Assembly: GCA_965217895.1 (NCBI GenBank) | Contig: CBDCJV010000002.1 | Span: forward strand, 672,001 to 736,000 | DNA from: Waterburya sp. | GTDB lineage: Bacteria > Cyanobacteriota > Cyanobacteriia > Cyanobacteriales > Xenococcaceae | Direction: 5' to 3' | DNA length: 64,000 nucleotides | Shown: one piece after another, positions 19,611-29,066 of the stretch | Layout: each line of letters begins with the position of its first letter | Position numbering within the stretch: position 1 is the first letter of the stretch | Position numbers and translations under genes: made by a program | Notes under the pieces: generated by a model | The model's database searches: none | Seen by the model: only the letters and a program-made list of their open reading frames with translations | Told to the model about the DNA's origin: nothing

Positions 19611-21650
19611 ATGGAATCTATCTCTGAAACAATACGTGAGCCGATTTTTACCTTTGCCTTGCTCTTGGCAATTATTTTGCTAGTGCCACCATTTTTTGAA
19701 AAATTAAAGCTGCCAGGATTAGTAGGCTTATTAGTAGCAGGAGTATTATTTGGCTCTAGCGGTTTGGGTTTGCTTAACAGCAAATCGGAAACTATGATTT
19801 TGCTAGCAGATATCGGTAAGATTTATCTGATGTTTGTGGCGGGATTAGAAATTGACATGGAGCAGTTTCGCCGTACCAGAAATCGCTCCATGGGTTTTGG
19901 TTTTGCTACTTTTGCTACTCCCTTGATTGGCGGTATTTTAGTGGGGCGAGTATTTGGTTTTGGCTGGAATACTGCTGTCCTCATTGGTTCGCTGTTGGCT
20001 TCCCATACTTTGCTGGCATATCCAATTGTCAAACGCCTAGGAGTAGTTAATGACGAAGCTGTTACCGTCACCATTGGCGCGACAATCTTTACTGATATTG
20101 GTTCTTTGCTGGTGTTAGCGATTTGTTTAGGGATAAATAAAGGAGATTTTACCGCCATTGATTTAGGCATATTATTAGGTTCTTTAATTATTTATACCCT
20201 GGTAGTCTTGTTAGGCTTGGATCGTTTGGGGAAAGCTTTTTTCCGCCGTTCGAGGAACGAACAAAGTAGTCAGTTTTTGTTTGTACTCCTAGCTTTGTTT
20301 GTAGCTTCAGTGGGAGCGGAGGCAATTGGGATTGAAAAGATTGTTGGAGCTTTTTTGACTGGATTAGCGGTCAATGACGTAATCGGCGATGGTCCCGTTA
20401 AAGAAAAGGTGGAATTTATCGGTTCAGTATTGTTTATTCCCATTTTCTTTGTGGATATGGGTTTGTTGATCGACCTCGAAGCCTTTCAAGATATTTTTCG
20501 CTCTATTGGTATTCCACTCTCCATTGTCGGAGTGTTAATTTTAAGTAAGTTTATAGCAGCTTGCTTGGCTAAACTGGCATATCGCTATAGTTGGCAACAA
20601 ACTATAACCATGTGGTCGCTGTCTTTACCCCAGGTAGCTGCAACTCTAGCTGCTGCTTTAATTGGTTTTCAAGCACAGATTATTAACGAGCGGGTATTTA
20701 ATAGCGTCATTTTATTGATGTTAGTAACCTCGATCGCAGGACCTTTAATTACTTCCCGTGCTGCTGCTCAATTAGGTGAGAAAGACTCATCTGAAGCTGA
20801 ACCAAGAGATGAATCTATTGCTGATGCTCCCCTGGCAAAAGGGTTGCGAGTTGTTGTTCCTGTATATAACCCCCAAACTGAGCGTTATCTATTAGAGTTG
20901 GCTTCTTTGCTAACCCGAAAAAATGAAGGAGAAATTATACCTTTGGCGATCGCTAAAGCTGAATCCCGCTTAGATTCTCCTCAACTAAATGTAGATGTAG
21001 AACGTTGTCAAAGATTGCTTGCTCAAGCCCAAGAAATTTGCGAAGAATTAGGTATTGTTGCTCAACCAGAATTAAGAATTGAATATGATATTGCTCATGG
21101 TATTAGTCATGCCAGTCGTGAAGTTAATGCTGATTTAATTGTCTTAGGATTTGATAATTTTAAGAGTTTTCGCTCTCGTTTCTTTAGCTCTGTTACCGAT
21201 AGCGTACTTTGGTCTGCTCATTGCTCGGTAGTTATGGCTAGTCTGCGCGATTCTCCTCTAACAATTAGACGTGCTTTAGTACCCGTAGAAAGCTTTTATC
21301 CTGATGGTTTGCGTCCGATTCGTTTTGCTCAAAATTTAGTTACCGAAGGTACAGAAATCACCTTGCTTCATGTCTGTCCTTCAGGTACGTCTAAAGAGCG
21401 CAAAACTCATCTACATAATAAATTAGAAAATTTAGGCAAACACTTATTACCAGAGGCAACAGTAGATATTCAGGTTACTGCTCAAAACAATTTTGTCAGA
21501 GAAATTTTAAATGCCAGTCGTACCCATGAACTAGTAATATTGCGATCGCAACGCCAGCGTGTTGGGGTAAATAGTTTAGCTCTTGGTGCCACCACTAAGC
21601 CTTTAATTCAAAATTTAAAATGTTCTACAATTTTGCTCGGAGAACTTTGA
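19611..21650 (+). CDS. Cation:proton antiporter (CPA2) with C-terminal USP-like domains
   Basis: LMFVAGLE, TIFTD, IVGAF, FIPIFF; soluble USP-type C-terminus. Confidence 0.92.
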   Translation: MESISETIREPIFTFALLLAIILLVPPFFEKLKLPGLVGLLVAGVLFGSSGLGLLNSKSETMILLADIGKIYLMFVAGLEIDMEQFRRTRNRSMGFGFATFATPLIGGILVGRVFGFGWNTAVLIGSLLASHTLLAYPIVKRLGVVNDEAVTVTIGATIFTDIGSLLVLAICLGINKGDFTAIDLGILLGSLIIYTLVVLLGLDRLGKAFFRRSRNEQSSQFLFVLLALFVASVGAEAIGIEKIVGAFLTGLAVNDVIGDGPVKEKVEFIGSVLFIPIFFVDMGLLIDLEAFQDIFRSIGIPLSIVGVLILSKFIAACLAKLAYRYSWQQTITMWSLSLPQVAATLAAALIGFQAQIINERVFNSVILLMLVTSIAGPLITSRAAAQLGEKDSSEAEPRDESIADAPLAKGLRVVVPVYNPQTERYLLELASLLTRKNEGEIIPLAIAKAESRLDSPQLNVDVERCQRLLAQAQEICEELGIVAQPELRIEYDIAHGISHASREVNADLIVLGFDNFKSFRSRFFSSVTDSVLWSAHCSVVMASLRDSPLTIRRALVPVESFYPDGLRPIRFAQNLVTEGTEITLLHVCPSGTSKERKTHLHNKLENLGKHLLPEATVDIQVTAQNNFVREILNASRTHELVILRSQRQRVGVNSLALGATTKPLIQNLKCSTILLGEL

Positions 21651-21693
21651 TCAATTATTATTGATAATTGATCATCGATCATTAATTTATAAC

Positions 21694-22341
21694 GTGGACT
21701 CTTCAATCGCCGATTTACGACAAAACTATACCCTAGCAGGATTATCTGAAGCCGATTTAGATGCCGATCCCCTTAAGCAGTTTGAAGTTTGGTTTCAACA
21801 AGCTTTGGATGCCGATCTAATTGAACCAAACGCTATGACTTTAGCTACTGCTACTCCTGACGGGAAACCTACCGCTAGAATTGTCTTACTCAAAGGCGTT
21901 AACCAAGGCGGTTTTGTCTTTTATACCAACTACGAAAGCCAAAAGGGTCAACAGTTAATTGCCAATCCTTATGCTGCGCTGGTTTTTCTCTGGGACAAAT
22001 TAGAAAGACAGGTTCGTATCGAGGGAGAAGTAGAAAAACTAGCTACTGAAGAATCCGAGGCATATTTCCATAGTCGCCCTAAAGCCTCACAGTTGGGTGC
22101 ATGGGCATCTGCTCAAAGTCGGGTAATTCCCAATCGCCAAATATTAGAACAACAATCAGCAGATCTAGAGGCTAAATACAAAGGAGATGCTACTGTTCCT
22201 CTTCCCGAACACTGGGGCGGATTTCGCGTCATACCTAACCGTATTGAATTTTGGCAAGGTCGTCCCAATCGTCTTCACGATCGCCTAGTATACGATCTAC
22301 AGGCTGATGGTAGTTGGCAGATTGCCAGGTTATCTCCTTGA
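21694..22341 (+). CDS. pdxH: Pyridoxamine 5'-phosphate oxidase
   Basis: RIVLLK, FYTNYESQKG, EFWQGRPNRLHDR; GTG at 21694 is the likely start. Confidence 0.96.
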   Translation: MDSSIADLRQNYTLAGLSEADLDADPLKQFEVWFQQALDADLIEPNAMTLATATPDGKPTARIVLLKGVNQGGFVFYTNYESQKGQQLIANPYAALVFLWDKLERQVRIEGEVEKLATEESEAYFHSRPKASQLGAWASAQSRVIPNRQILEQQSADLEAKYKGDATVPLPEHWGGFRVIPNRIEFWQGRPNRLHDRLVYDLQADGSWQIARLSP

Positions 22342-22351
22342 ATGGGTAAAT

Positions 22352-22382
22352 CGTAGGGGGCGGTTCGCGAACCGCCCGTACG
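22352..22382. repeat. REP-like palindrome (GTAG type)
   Basis: CGTAGGGGGCGGTTCGCGAACCGCCCGTACG. Confidence 0.75.
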
Positions 22383-22412
22383 TAAGTAATAGGTAGCAAG
22401 TAAAAATGTAGA

Positions 22413-23189
22413 GTGGATAATTTAATTTCTTTAGATGCAGTCGATTTAGTCTTATGTTTAGGCATGATCGGCATGGCGATCGCTTTATCTCTTTGGCAAA
22501 GGCTAGAATTAGAAAAGCAGTTAGCATATAGTGCGGTTCGCTCTTTGATGCAGTTAATTGCCATTGGCTATATTTTAAATATAGTTTTTGCGATCAATAA
22601 TTGGCTGGTGGTATTAGGTATTTTGGTCATGATGATTACTATTGCCTCTATCGTTACCCGCAACCGCATCGATAAAAAGCTTCAGGGGCTTTTCCCTGTG
22701 GTATTTTTAGCTATTATTTCTAGTAGTGCCTTTACTTTAGGTTATGTAATTCTTTTGATCCTGCAACCCGATAAATGGTATGAACCCCGCTACCTGATAC
22801 CTTTGGCGGGAATGCTGTTTGGTAATGTTATGAATGGTGCTTCTCTTGCTGGCGATCGCTTTTTAAATGCCGTCAATCAAAATCGTTTAGAAATTGAAAC
22901 TCACCTGTGTTTGGGTGCTACTGCCAAACAAGCTATATCAGGCTATCAAAAAGAAGCGATTCGCACTGGCTTAATTCCTACTCTGAATAATATGGTGGTG
23001 ATGGGTTTAGTTAGCTTGCCTGGAATGTTTACAGGACAGGTTTTAGGAGGTAGTGACCCTTTAGATGCAGCTTCTTATCAAATCATGATCTTGTTTGCCA
23101 TTGTCTTAGCTAATTTGATTTCGACAATTTTAGTCACCGAAGGAATATATAAACGTTTATTTAATCAGGATAGTCAGCTTATTGGCTAG
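22413..23189 (+). CDS. fetB: ABC transporter permease, FetB/YbbM (UPF0014) family
   Basis: YLIPLAGM, GLVSLPGMFTGQVLGG, AASYQI. Confidence 0.88.
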   Translation: MDNLISLDAVDLVLCLGMIGMAIALSLWQRLELEKQLAYSAVRSLMQLIAIGYILNIVFAINNWLVVLGILVMMITIASIVTRNRIDKKLQGLFPVVFLAIISSSAFTLGYVILLILQPDKWYEPRYLIPLAGMLFGNVMNGASLAGDRFLNAVNQNRLEIETHLCLGATAKQAISGYQKEAIRTGLIPTLNNMVVMGLVSLPGMFTGQVLGGSDPLDAASYQIMILFAIVLANLISTILVTEGIYKRLFNQDSQLIG

Positions 23190-23229
23190 ATAATTTAGTT
23201 GTTAGTTATTAGTTGTTAGTTGTTAGCTT

Positions 23230-23874
23230 ATGTCCGTCCTCAATAGCCATAAATATGCGATCGCTCTCCACACCAGTACACCCCAGCTAGGAATAGCTCT
23301 CAATAATTATCAGGGAAACAGTCGCCATCAGGTGTGGGACTTGGGGCGAAATTTAGCATCTCATCTGCATCAATACCTGCAAGAAATGCTCCTACCGCAA
23401 ACCTGGCAGGATATAGAGTTTATTGCCGTTGCCAAAGGACCTGGAGGCTTTACAGGAACTCGTGTAGGGGTTGTAACAGCCCGCACCATAGCTCAACAGT
23501 TAGATATTCCCTTATTTGGTATTTCTAATCTAGCAGCAGTGGCAGCAGCCCAAAATCATCTTGGCAATGAATTATTAGCGGTACAAATGGCTGCCAGGAG
23601 AGAAGAACTGTTTGTCGCTATTTACCAGCTAAATGAAAAAGGGCAGCTTCAAGCATATATGGAGGATACGCTAATGAGTCAGGCAGCTTGGCAAGAAATT
23701 TTAGATAATTTAGATAATTTGAAATCCTCTTATAAACTAATCATTGCCGAGGATAATATTGCTGCTACGGTAACTAATGTCTTGGATTTGGCTTATGCCG
23801 ACTGGCAACAGGGAAAGTTCGCTCATTGGTCAGAAGTGATCCCTTTTTATGGTCAACATCCAGTCAGTCATTAG
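23230..23874 (+). CDS. tsaB: tRNA threonylcarbamoyladenosine biosynthesis protein
   Basis: GPGGFTGTRVG, P.YGQ C-terminus. Confidence 0.93.
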   Translation: MSVLNSHKYAIALHTSTPQLGIALNNYQGNSRHQVWDLGRNLASHLHQYLQEMLLPQTWQDIEFIAVAKGPGGFTGTRVGVVTARTIAQQLDIPLFGISNLAAVAAAQNHLGNELLAVQMAARREELFVAIYQLNEKGQLQAYMEDTLMSQAAWQEILDNLDNLKSSYKLIIAEDNIAATVTNVLDLAYADWQQGKFAHWSEVIPFYGQHPVSH

Positions 23875-23970
23875 TCTTAAATCTCGAATCCCTGACTCTT
23901 TTATCACCAGATAATGATTAGAATAACTATAAGTTTTCTAAATACCTGTATATAGCTAACAATATATTTA

Positions 23971-25254
23971 ATGACTTCTACCATTACTAAACAGCCTAAG
24001 CTCAATGCTCCAACTATACGTCAATTAGATAATGGCTTAACTATTATCGCTGAACAAATGCCTGTGGATGCGGTGAACCTCAATGTGTGGATTAACGTCG
24101 GTTCAGCCAAAGAAAGTGACGATATTAACGGCATGGCGCATTTTTTGGAACATATGGTGTTTAAAGGTACGCCTAATCTAAAAATGGGTGAATTTGAGCA
24201 TTTAATCGAAGAACGGGGTGCAGTAACCAATGCAGCTACTAGTCAAGATTATACTCATTACTATATAACCACTGCTCCCAAAGATTTTGCTGAACTAGCT
24301 CCTTTACAGCTAGACGTGGTTTTAAATCCTAGTATTGAAAATGAAGCATTTGAACGAGAAAAATTAGTTGTACTCGAAGAAATTCGTCGCTCGGAAGACA
24401 GTCCCCGTCGCCGTACCTTTTATCGCTCGATGGAAGCCTGTTTTGAAACTCTTCCTTATCGTCGTCCTGTACTAGGTCCTGGCACAGTAATTGAAAACTT
24501 GCGATCGCAACAAATGCGCGATTTTCATGGTGCTTGGTATCAACCCCGGTCAATGACCGCAGCGGTTGTAGGTAATCTGCCAGTAGAAGAGTTAATTGAG
24601 ATTGTTACCCAAGGATTTGCCCAGCATTATAATTCCCGCGAGGAATATACTAAAAATACTACTCCCTCGGTAACTCCAGAACAGCCTTTTACTTCCATAG
24701 CTCGTTATGAATATATTGATGAGAGTTTGCAGCAGGCACGATTAGTCATGGGTTGGCGTGTTCCTGGTATGGAAGATTTAGCCGAAACCTATGCTCTAGA
24801 TATTCTGGCAGTAATTTTAGGACAGGGTAAGGTGTCCCGTTTATTTAGAGAGTTGCGCGAAGAAAAAGGTTTGGTTAGTCAGATAGGCGTTAGCAATATG
24901 ACCCAAACCCACCAAGGAGTATTTTATATTTCTGCTGCTTTGCCCACTGAAAATATTCCTGAAGTAGAACAGGCGATCGCCCAACAAATCAAGGACATTC
25001 AGACTGAACCGATTGCAGCTAAAGATATTGAGCGTATTCGTACTCAAGTGGCAAATCGATTTGTCTTTGCTAATGAACGACCAAGCGATCGCGCTAACCT
25101 CTATGGCTATTATTATTCACAGCTAAAAGATTTAGCACCCGCCCTCAATTATCCACAACATATTCAAGCTATATCTGCCCAAGATTTACAGGCAGCAGCC
25201 CAGAAATATCTCAATCCAAAAGCCTATGGCATTGTAACCATGAAACCTGAGTAA
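23971..25254 (+). CDS. M16 family (pitrilysin) zinc peptidase
   Basis: AHFLEHMVFKGT, NAATS. Confidence 0.95.
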   Translation: MTSTITKQPKLNAPTIRQLDNGLTIIAEQMPVDAVNLNVWINVGSAKESDDINGMAHFLEHMVFKGTPNLKMGEFEHLIEERGAVTNAATSQDYTHYYITTAPKDFAELAPLQLDVVLNPSIENEAFEREKLVVLEEIRRSEDSPRRRTFYRSMEACFETLPYRRPVLGPGTVIENLRSQQMRDFHGAWYQPRSMTAAVVGNLPVEELIEIVTQGFAQHYNSREEYTKNTTPSVTPEQPFTSIARYEYIDESLQQARLVMGWRVPGMEDLAETYALDILAVILGQGKVSRLFRELREEKGLVSQIGVSNMTQTHQGVFYISAALPTENIPEVEQAIAQQIKDIQTEPIAAKDIERIRTQVANRFVFANERPSDRANLYGYYYSQLKDLAPALNYPQHIQAISAQDLQAAAQKYLNPKAYGIVTMKPE

Positions 25255-25302
25255 ACGAGCCAAGTTCGTAGCTTTAAACTTTTATAGCGTGAGTGCGGAT
25301 TA

Positions 25303-25422
25303 AGAGGATATTTAAAAAGTTATTTTGGCTAAATTTTTACTTGTTTTCGCCCCCCCAACCCCCCAAGTTTGGGGGATTTAGGGGGCTTTAGTGTAATAAA
25401 TTAGACTTCTCAGACGACCTCT
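25303..25422. mobile_element. MITE-like element with imperfect 18-bp TIRs
   Basis: AGAGGATATTTAAAAAGT ... ACTTCTCAGACGACCTCT; internal CCCCC/GGGGG hairpin. Confidence 0.6.
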
Positions 25423-25456
25423 AAGATAATTAGAAGCTTAAGGCAGCTTTTATGCC

Positions 25457-27061
25457 TCATCCCTCATCCTTCTCTTTAGCTTTTGTCCACCAAGCCAAAC
25501 CATAGGATTGAACTGGCTCGTTGAATTGATGGCGATAACGAACCCGAATTTTATAACGTCCTGTAGCAGGAATAGGGCAAAATATGTGTTCAACACTGTC
25601 TTCAAAACTAGAGGAAGAACAGGTGTTTCTCATGTCGCTCTCTTGATCTACAGGTAAGAGATAAACATCTAAATTATTTAAACCGCGATCGCTAAAGGTC
25701 TCTCCTTCATCATACTGCTCATTGCGATTAAGATCATTTAAGATTACTAAACGATCCCAAGCTAAAGTAATAGCTGCATAACTTCCTTTAACTAAGGGTT
25801 TTTGCAAATAGTATTCTTGATAATTATTGGCTGCTATTTTTCTATAATCCCAACCAAGAGCATTTACAGGTTTGTTTTTGTTTGCCTGTCCTGCACTAAA
25901 CTGTTGGTATGCTCGCCAAACATTTAATTGCCCTGTACCCATCTGTATATCTAAAGGCACACGGGGATTTTGATAGGCATCAGAGTCAAACCAGGTATGG
26001 TTTTTTTTACCCAAAATAGTATGCTCCATACCTAATAATAAGCCATCGCCGCGATCGGCAATTTTATCGGCGGAATTTAACAGCACAGCCTTCATTACTT
26101 CATGGCGGCGGGAATCTAAACTCCAGTTAGATGAAGTTGGTGCCTGTTTTAAACGCTCATCCCCATCTTCCTGTAACAAAGCCACCGCACCTGTAATATG
26201 GGGGGCAGCAAAGCTTGTACCACTAACTTTTTCTATTTCTCTTTTTTGATTAAAAACAGCAATTTGTCCGCCTGGGGCAAGTAAACTAACGGCACGGCGA
26301 TCGCCATAATCAATCTCTTTCTTAATAAAGCTACGTCCAATTCCTTTGGGTAAATCGCTTAAATTAGCAAAATCTACCTTATTGAATTTACCCTTCCTTT
26401 TTGTAGTGTAGGCAGCAGTAATGCCGTTAAAATTATCTGTGGGGATCGGAATTCCTCCCTCCCCCTGGTTTCCTGCTATTACATACAAAACCTCATGCTT
26501 GCGGGCAGACCAATCAATACAGGAAGTTAACAATGCTTTGCCGTCTAGTTTTGCTTCATCTCGTTCATCTCGCTCTAGAGATTCTCCAAAACTAAAATTA
26601 ATAGCTCGAATATCACCGCCATTCTGTTGAGCAATATGTTGACTCGCCAGACATTCTTGAGGCTGTCCTCCCTCATTTAAAGAGCCAACCGCTGAGGCAT
26701 ACAGCTTGGCTTTGGGAGCAATACCCTGTAGCTGTTTATCTTCGGCAATCATTACCTCTGCAACCATACTGGCGTGATCGTCTATGTTTTTATCTGTCGT
26801 CGCAGCTCGATCGCGATAAAAAACTGCCCTTGGAGAAATTGTTTTTAAGGTATTAGCTGCTTTATCCCTACCCAGTTTAACAGGGCGACCTACCTCTACT
26901 TGACCAATACCAATTTTTCGACCCAACAAATTATAGGGAGAGGAGTGTAAACGCAGAGCATTAACTCCTTTTTCGCTGATAGAATCATTTAAAGCCAAAA
27001 CAGGAGTAATAAACCCAGCAATTATCCATCCAGAAACTATAAATATTTCTTTTCTACCCAT
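25457..27061 (-). CDS. S8 (subtilisin-like) serine peptidase, secreted
   Basis: H motif DDHAS, AGNQG, SGTSFAAPHITG. Confidence 0.92.
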   Translation of the reverse strand: MGRKEIFIVSGWIIAGFITPVLALNDSISEKGVNALRLHSSPYNLLGRKIGIGQVEVGRPVKLGRDKAANTLKTISPRAVFYRDRAATTDKNIDDHASMVAEVMIAEDKQLQGIAPKAKLYASAVGSLNEGGQPQECLASQHIAQQNGGDIRAINFSFGESLERDERDEAKLDGKALLTSCIDWSARKHEVLYVIAGNQGEGGIPIPTDNFNGITAAYTTKRKGKFNKVDFANLSDLPKGIGRSFIKKEIDYGDRRAVSLLAPGGQIAVFNQKREIEKVSGTSFAAPHITGAVALLQEDGDERLKQAPTSSNWSLDSRRHEVMKAVLLNSADKIADRGDGLLLGMEHTILGKKNHTWFDSDAYQNPRVPLDIQMGTGQLNVWRAYQQFSAGQANKNKPVNALGWDYRKIAANNYQEYYLQKPLVKGSYAAITLAWDRLVILNDLNRNEQYDEGETFSDRGLNNLDVYLLPVDQESDMRNTCSSSSFEDSVEHIFCPIPATGRYKIRVRYRHQFNEPVQSYGLAWWTKAKEKDEG

Positions 27062-27272
27062 AATTGTTTATTTGCTTATTGTCGGCTATCCTCACTTTAT
27101 AGAGTAATTACCGTACTAATTGAGACAAACCCTTGCGAAATAGTATATTGTAAGTTACAAGTATGTCAGGTTGATCTGAGAACTTCAGGCTTAAAGTTTC
27201 AAAACATAAGCCAGACAGAAACCAGACCCTAAACTATTTAATCAACATATCATAGCAGGCAAAATTAAGCGT

Positions 27273-27491
27273 ATGACAAAGCAAGTTGCGCATCCAATGA
27301 TGAAATTGCAGCGCAAGGTTTCTTCCTTAGTAGACTCTAATATCGTTAAACCAGACGATCGTATTGGCAAAATTGCCCTATTATTGGGCGATGATTGGTC
27401 ATATTGGAAAAATGAACTATTGGACTTCGATTTTTCGACTCAAGATCCGATCTGTGAACTACTCTCTGTAGAAGATTGGGATGAAAACTAG
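27273..27491 (+). CDS. DUF4327 family protein
   Basis: HPMMKLQRKVSSLV...WDE. Confidence 0.8.
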   Translation: MTKQVAHPMMKLQRKVSSLVDSNIVKPDDRIGKIALLLGDDWSYWKNELLDFDFSTQDPICELLSVEDWDEN

Positions 27492-27504
27492 TACTGTTCT
27501 GGGG

Positions 27505-27675
27505 AAGTCAGAGGTCAGAGGTCAATTCAAGCATTACATGGGGAAATGCGCCTTTGTTTGCGCCTGATGGCGACGCGGTGAAGCACTCCGTTGGGCGGGT
27601 TTCCCGACTTGAAACAAAGGACTTGTCCGCATGTACTGCTGAACCCTTTAGAAGGTCTCGAAACAGGTCAGAAGT
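27505..27675. repeat. Composite repeat: (GTCAGAG) heptamers with nested small dispersed repeats
   Basis: GTCAGAGGTCAGAGGTCA...GTTGGGCGGGTTTCCCGACTTGA...GTCAGAAG. Confidence 0.55.
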
Positions 27676-27715
27676 TTGAATGCTCAATGTTTAATGAGAA
27701 ATGTTCAATGTAACC

Positions 27716-28957
27716 TTATAGGCAAGCAGAAAGAGCATCCTTTAATTCTCTAGCTGTCTGATAACGGTCTTTTGGTTCGGGTTGGCAAGCAATTGATAAA
27801 ACTTCTCCTAAGTTAGTAGGCAGTCCAGGAATGCTATCAATATCAAACTCAAATTTGCTACTTTGATAGCGATAATATTGCATTGGTGTTTGGCTAGTTA
27901 AAAGAAAAATAATCGTCGTGCCTATTCCATAGATATCTGATTGAGGACAAGGTTTGCCTCGATATTGTTCTGGCGCACTGTATCCTTCCACACCAATGCG
28001 AGTTTCTAAAGCCGTACCTAGTTCCTTTACTGCCCCGAAATCTAACAGCATTAGGCGACTATCTAAATTACGCAGCATTAAGTTGGCTGGTTTGATATCC
28101 CGATGTACTAAAGGTGGTTCTAAGTTGTGCAGGTATTTCACAATATCGCACACTTGAATCATCCAGTTAATTGTTCTTGAGACATCGGTTGCGCCTCGTA
28201 GGTTAACTAACTGCTCTAAATTATGACCATGAATTAATTCCATGACAATGTACTTGTGGTTGTTTTCCACAAAAAAATCAAAATATTTAGGAATACCCTT
28301 ATGCTCTAAAGACTTTAAGATACGTGCTTCTCTTTCAAATAATTCTCTCGCTTTAGCAATGCGCGCCATATCTGCGTTCATTTCCTTAAGAACTAACAGC
28401 ATAGGTGCATTCTTGACAGTGCGGTGGCGATCCCAAGCCAGATAGGTAGTTCCCATTCCTCCTCTACCAAGAGTCCGTAAGACTTGATAAGAGCCAATAT
28501 AATGCTCATCGCTGACTATTGGTTCGCCACAATGGCGACAAAAAATACTGCCTTCTGGATTATCTTGATGATCGCAAATAACAGCAGGCTTAAGAATCTG
28601 AGTTGTTTCTACCTCTTCTTGGTTTTCAGCTAAGTAAGATTCTAGTTCAAACTTAAATACGGGTCCATTTTCTGCCAGTCGAATCAAATCATTGTGATTT
28701 AAGATAGTTTCGGTCACAAAATCATTATTGACTAAAGTACCGTTAGTTCCTCTGCTAATTAACTGCCACTTTTCTTGTTGAGGATCTATGAGAGTTAATT
28801 CTAGATGCTGTCGAGAGACTTGAAAATAGCCATGCAGCACAATGTCATTATTTTGAGCGCGACCAATACGAATCACTGATTGCTCTAAAAACTCCCACTG
28901 TTGAAGAGGTTGGTTTGTCTGTGGTTCTAAAAGCGTAAAAATGACCATATTGGGCAA
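27716..28957 (-). CDS. FHA-domain Ser/Thr protein kinase
   Basis: FHA (IGR, VSRQH, GTNGT), zinc ribbon, LGRGGMG, HRDIKPAN, DFG. Confidence 0.95.
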   Translation of the reverse strand: MPNMVIFTLLEPQTNQPLQQWEFLEQSVIRIGRAQNNDIVLHGYFQVSRQHLELTLIDPQQEKWQLISRGTNGTLVNNDFVTETILNHNDLIRLAENGPVFKFELESYLAENQEEVETTQILKPAVICDHQDNPEGSIFCRHCGEPIVSDEHYIGSYQVLRTLGRGGMGTTYLAWDRHRTVKNAPMLLVLKEMNADMARIAKARELFEREARILKSLEHKGIPKYFDFFVENNHKYIVMELIHGHNLEQLVNLRGATDVSRTINWMIQVCDIVKYLHNLEPPLVHRDIKPANLMLRNLDSRLMLLDFGAVKELGTALETRIGVEGYSAPEQYRGKPCPQSDIYGIGTTIIFLLTSQTPMQYYRYQSSKFEFDIDSIPGLPTNLGEVLSIACQPEPKDRYQTARELKDALSACL

Positions 28958-29066
28958 TTATCAATTAGGGCGTGTGATCAACATGGCGATTGCACAAGCT
29001 GTTTGCACAGCGTCAGATGAGGCTAAAGCCTTTGTCGCCATCAATTAGAAAAAAGAACTACGATCT

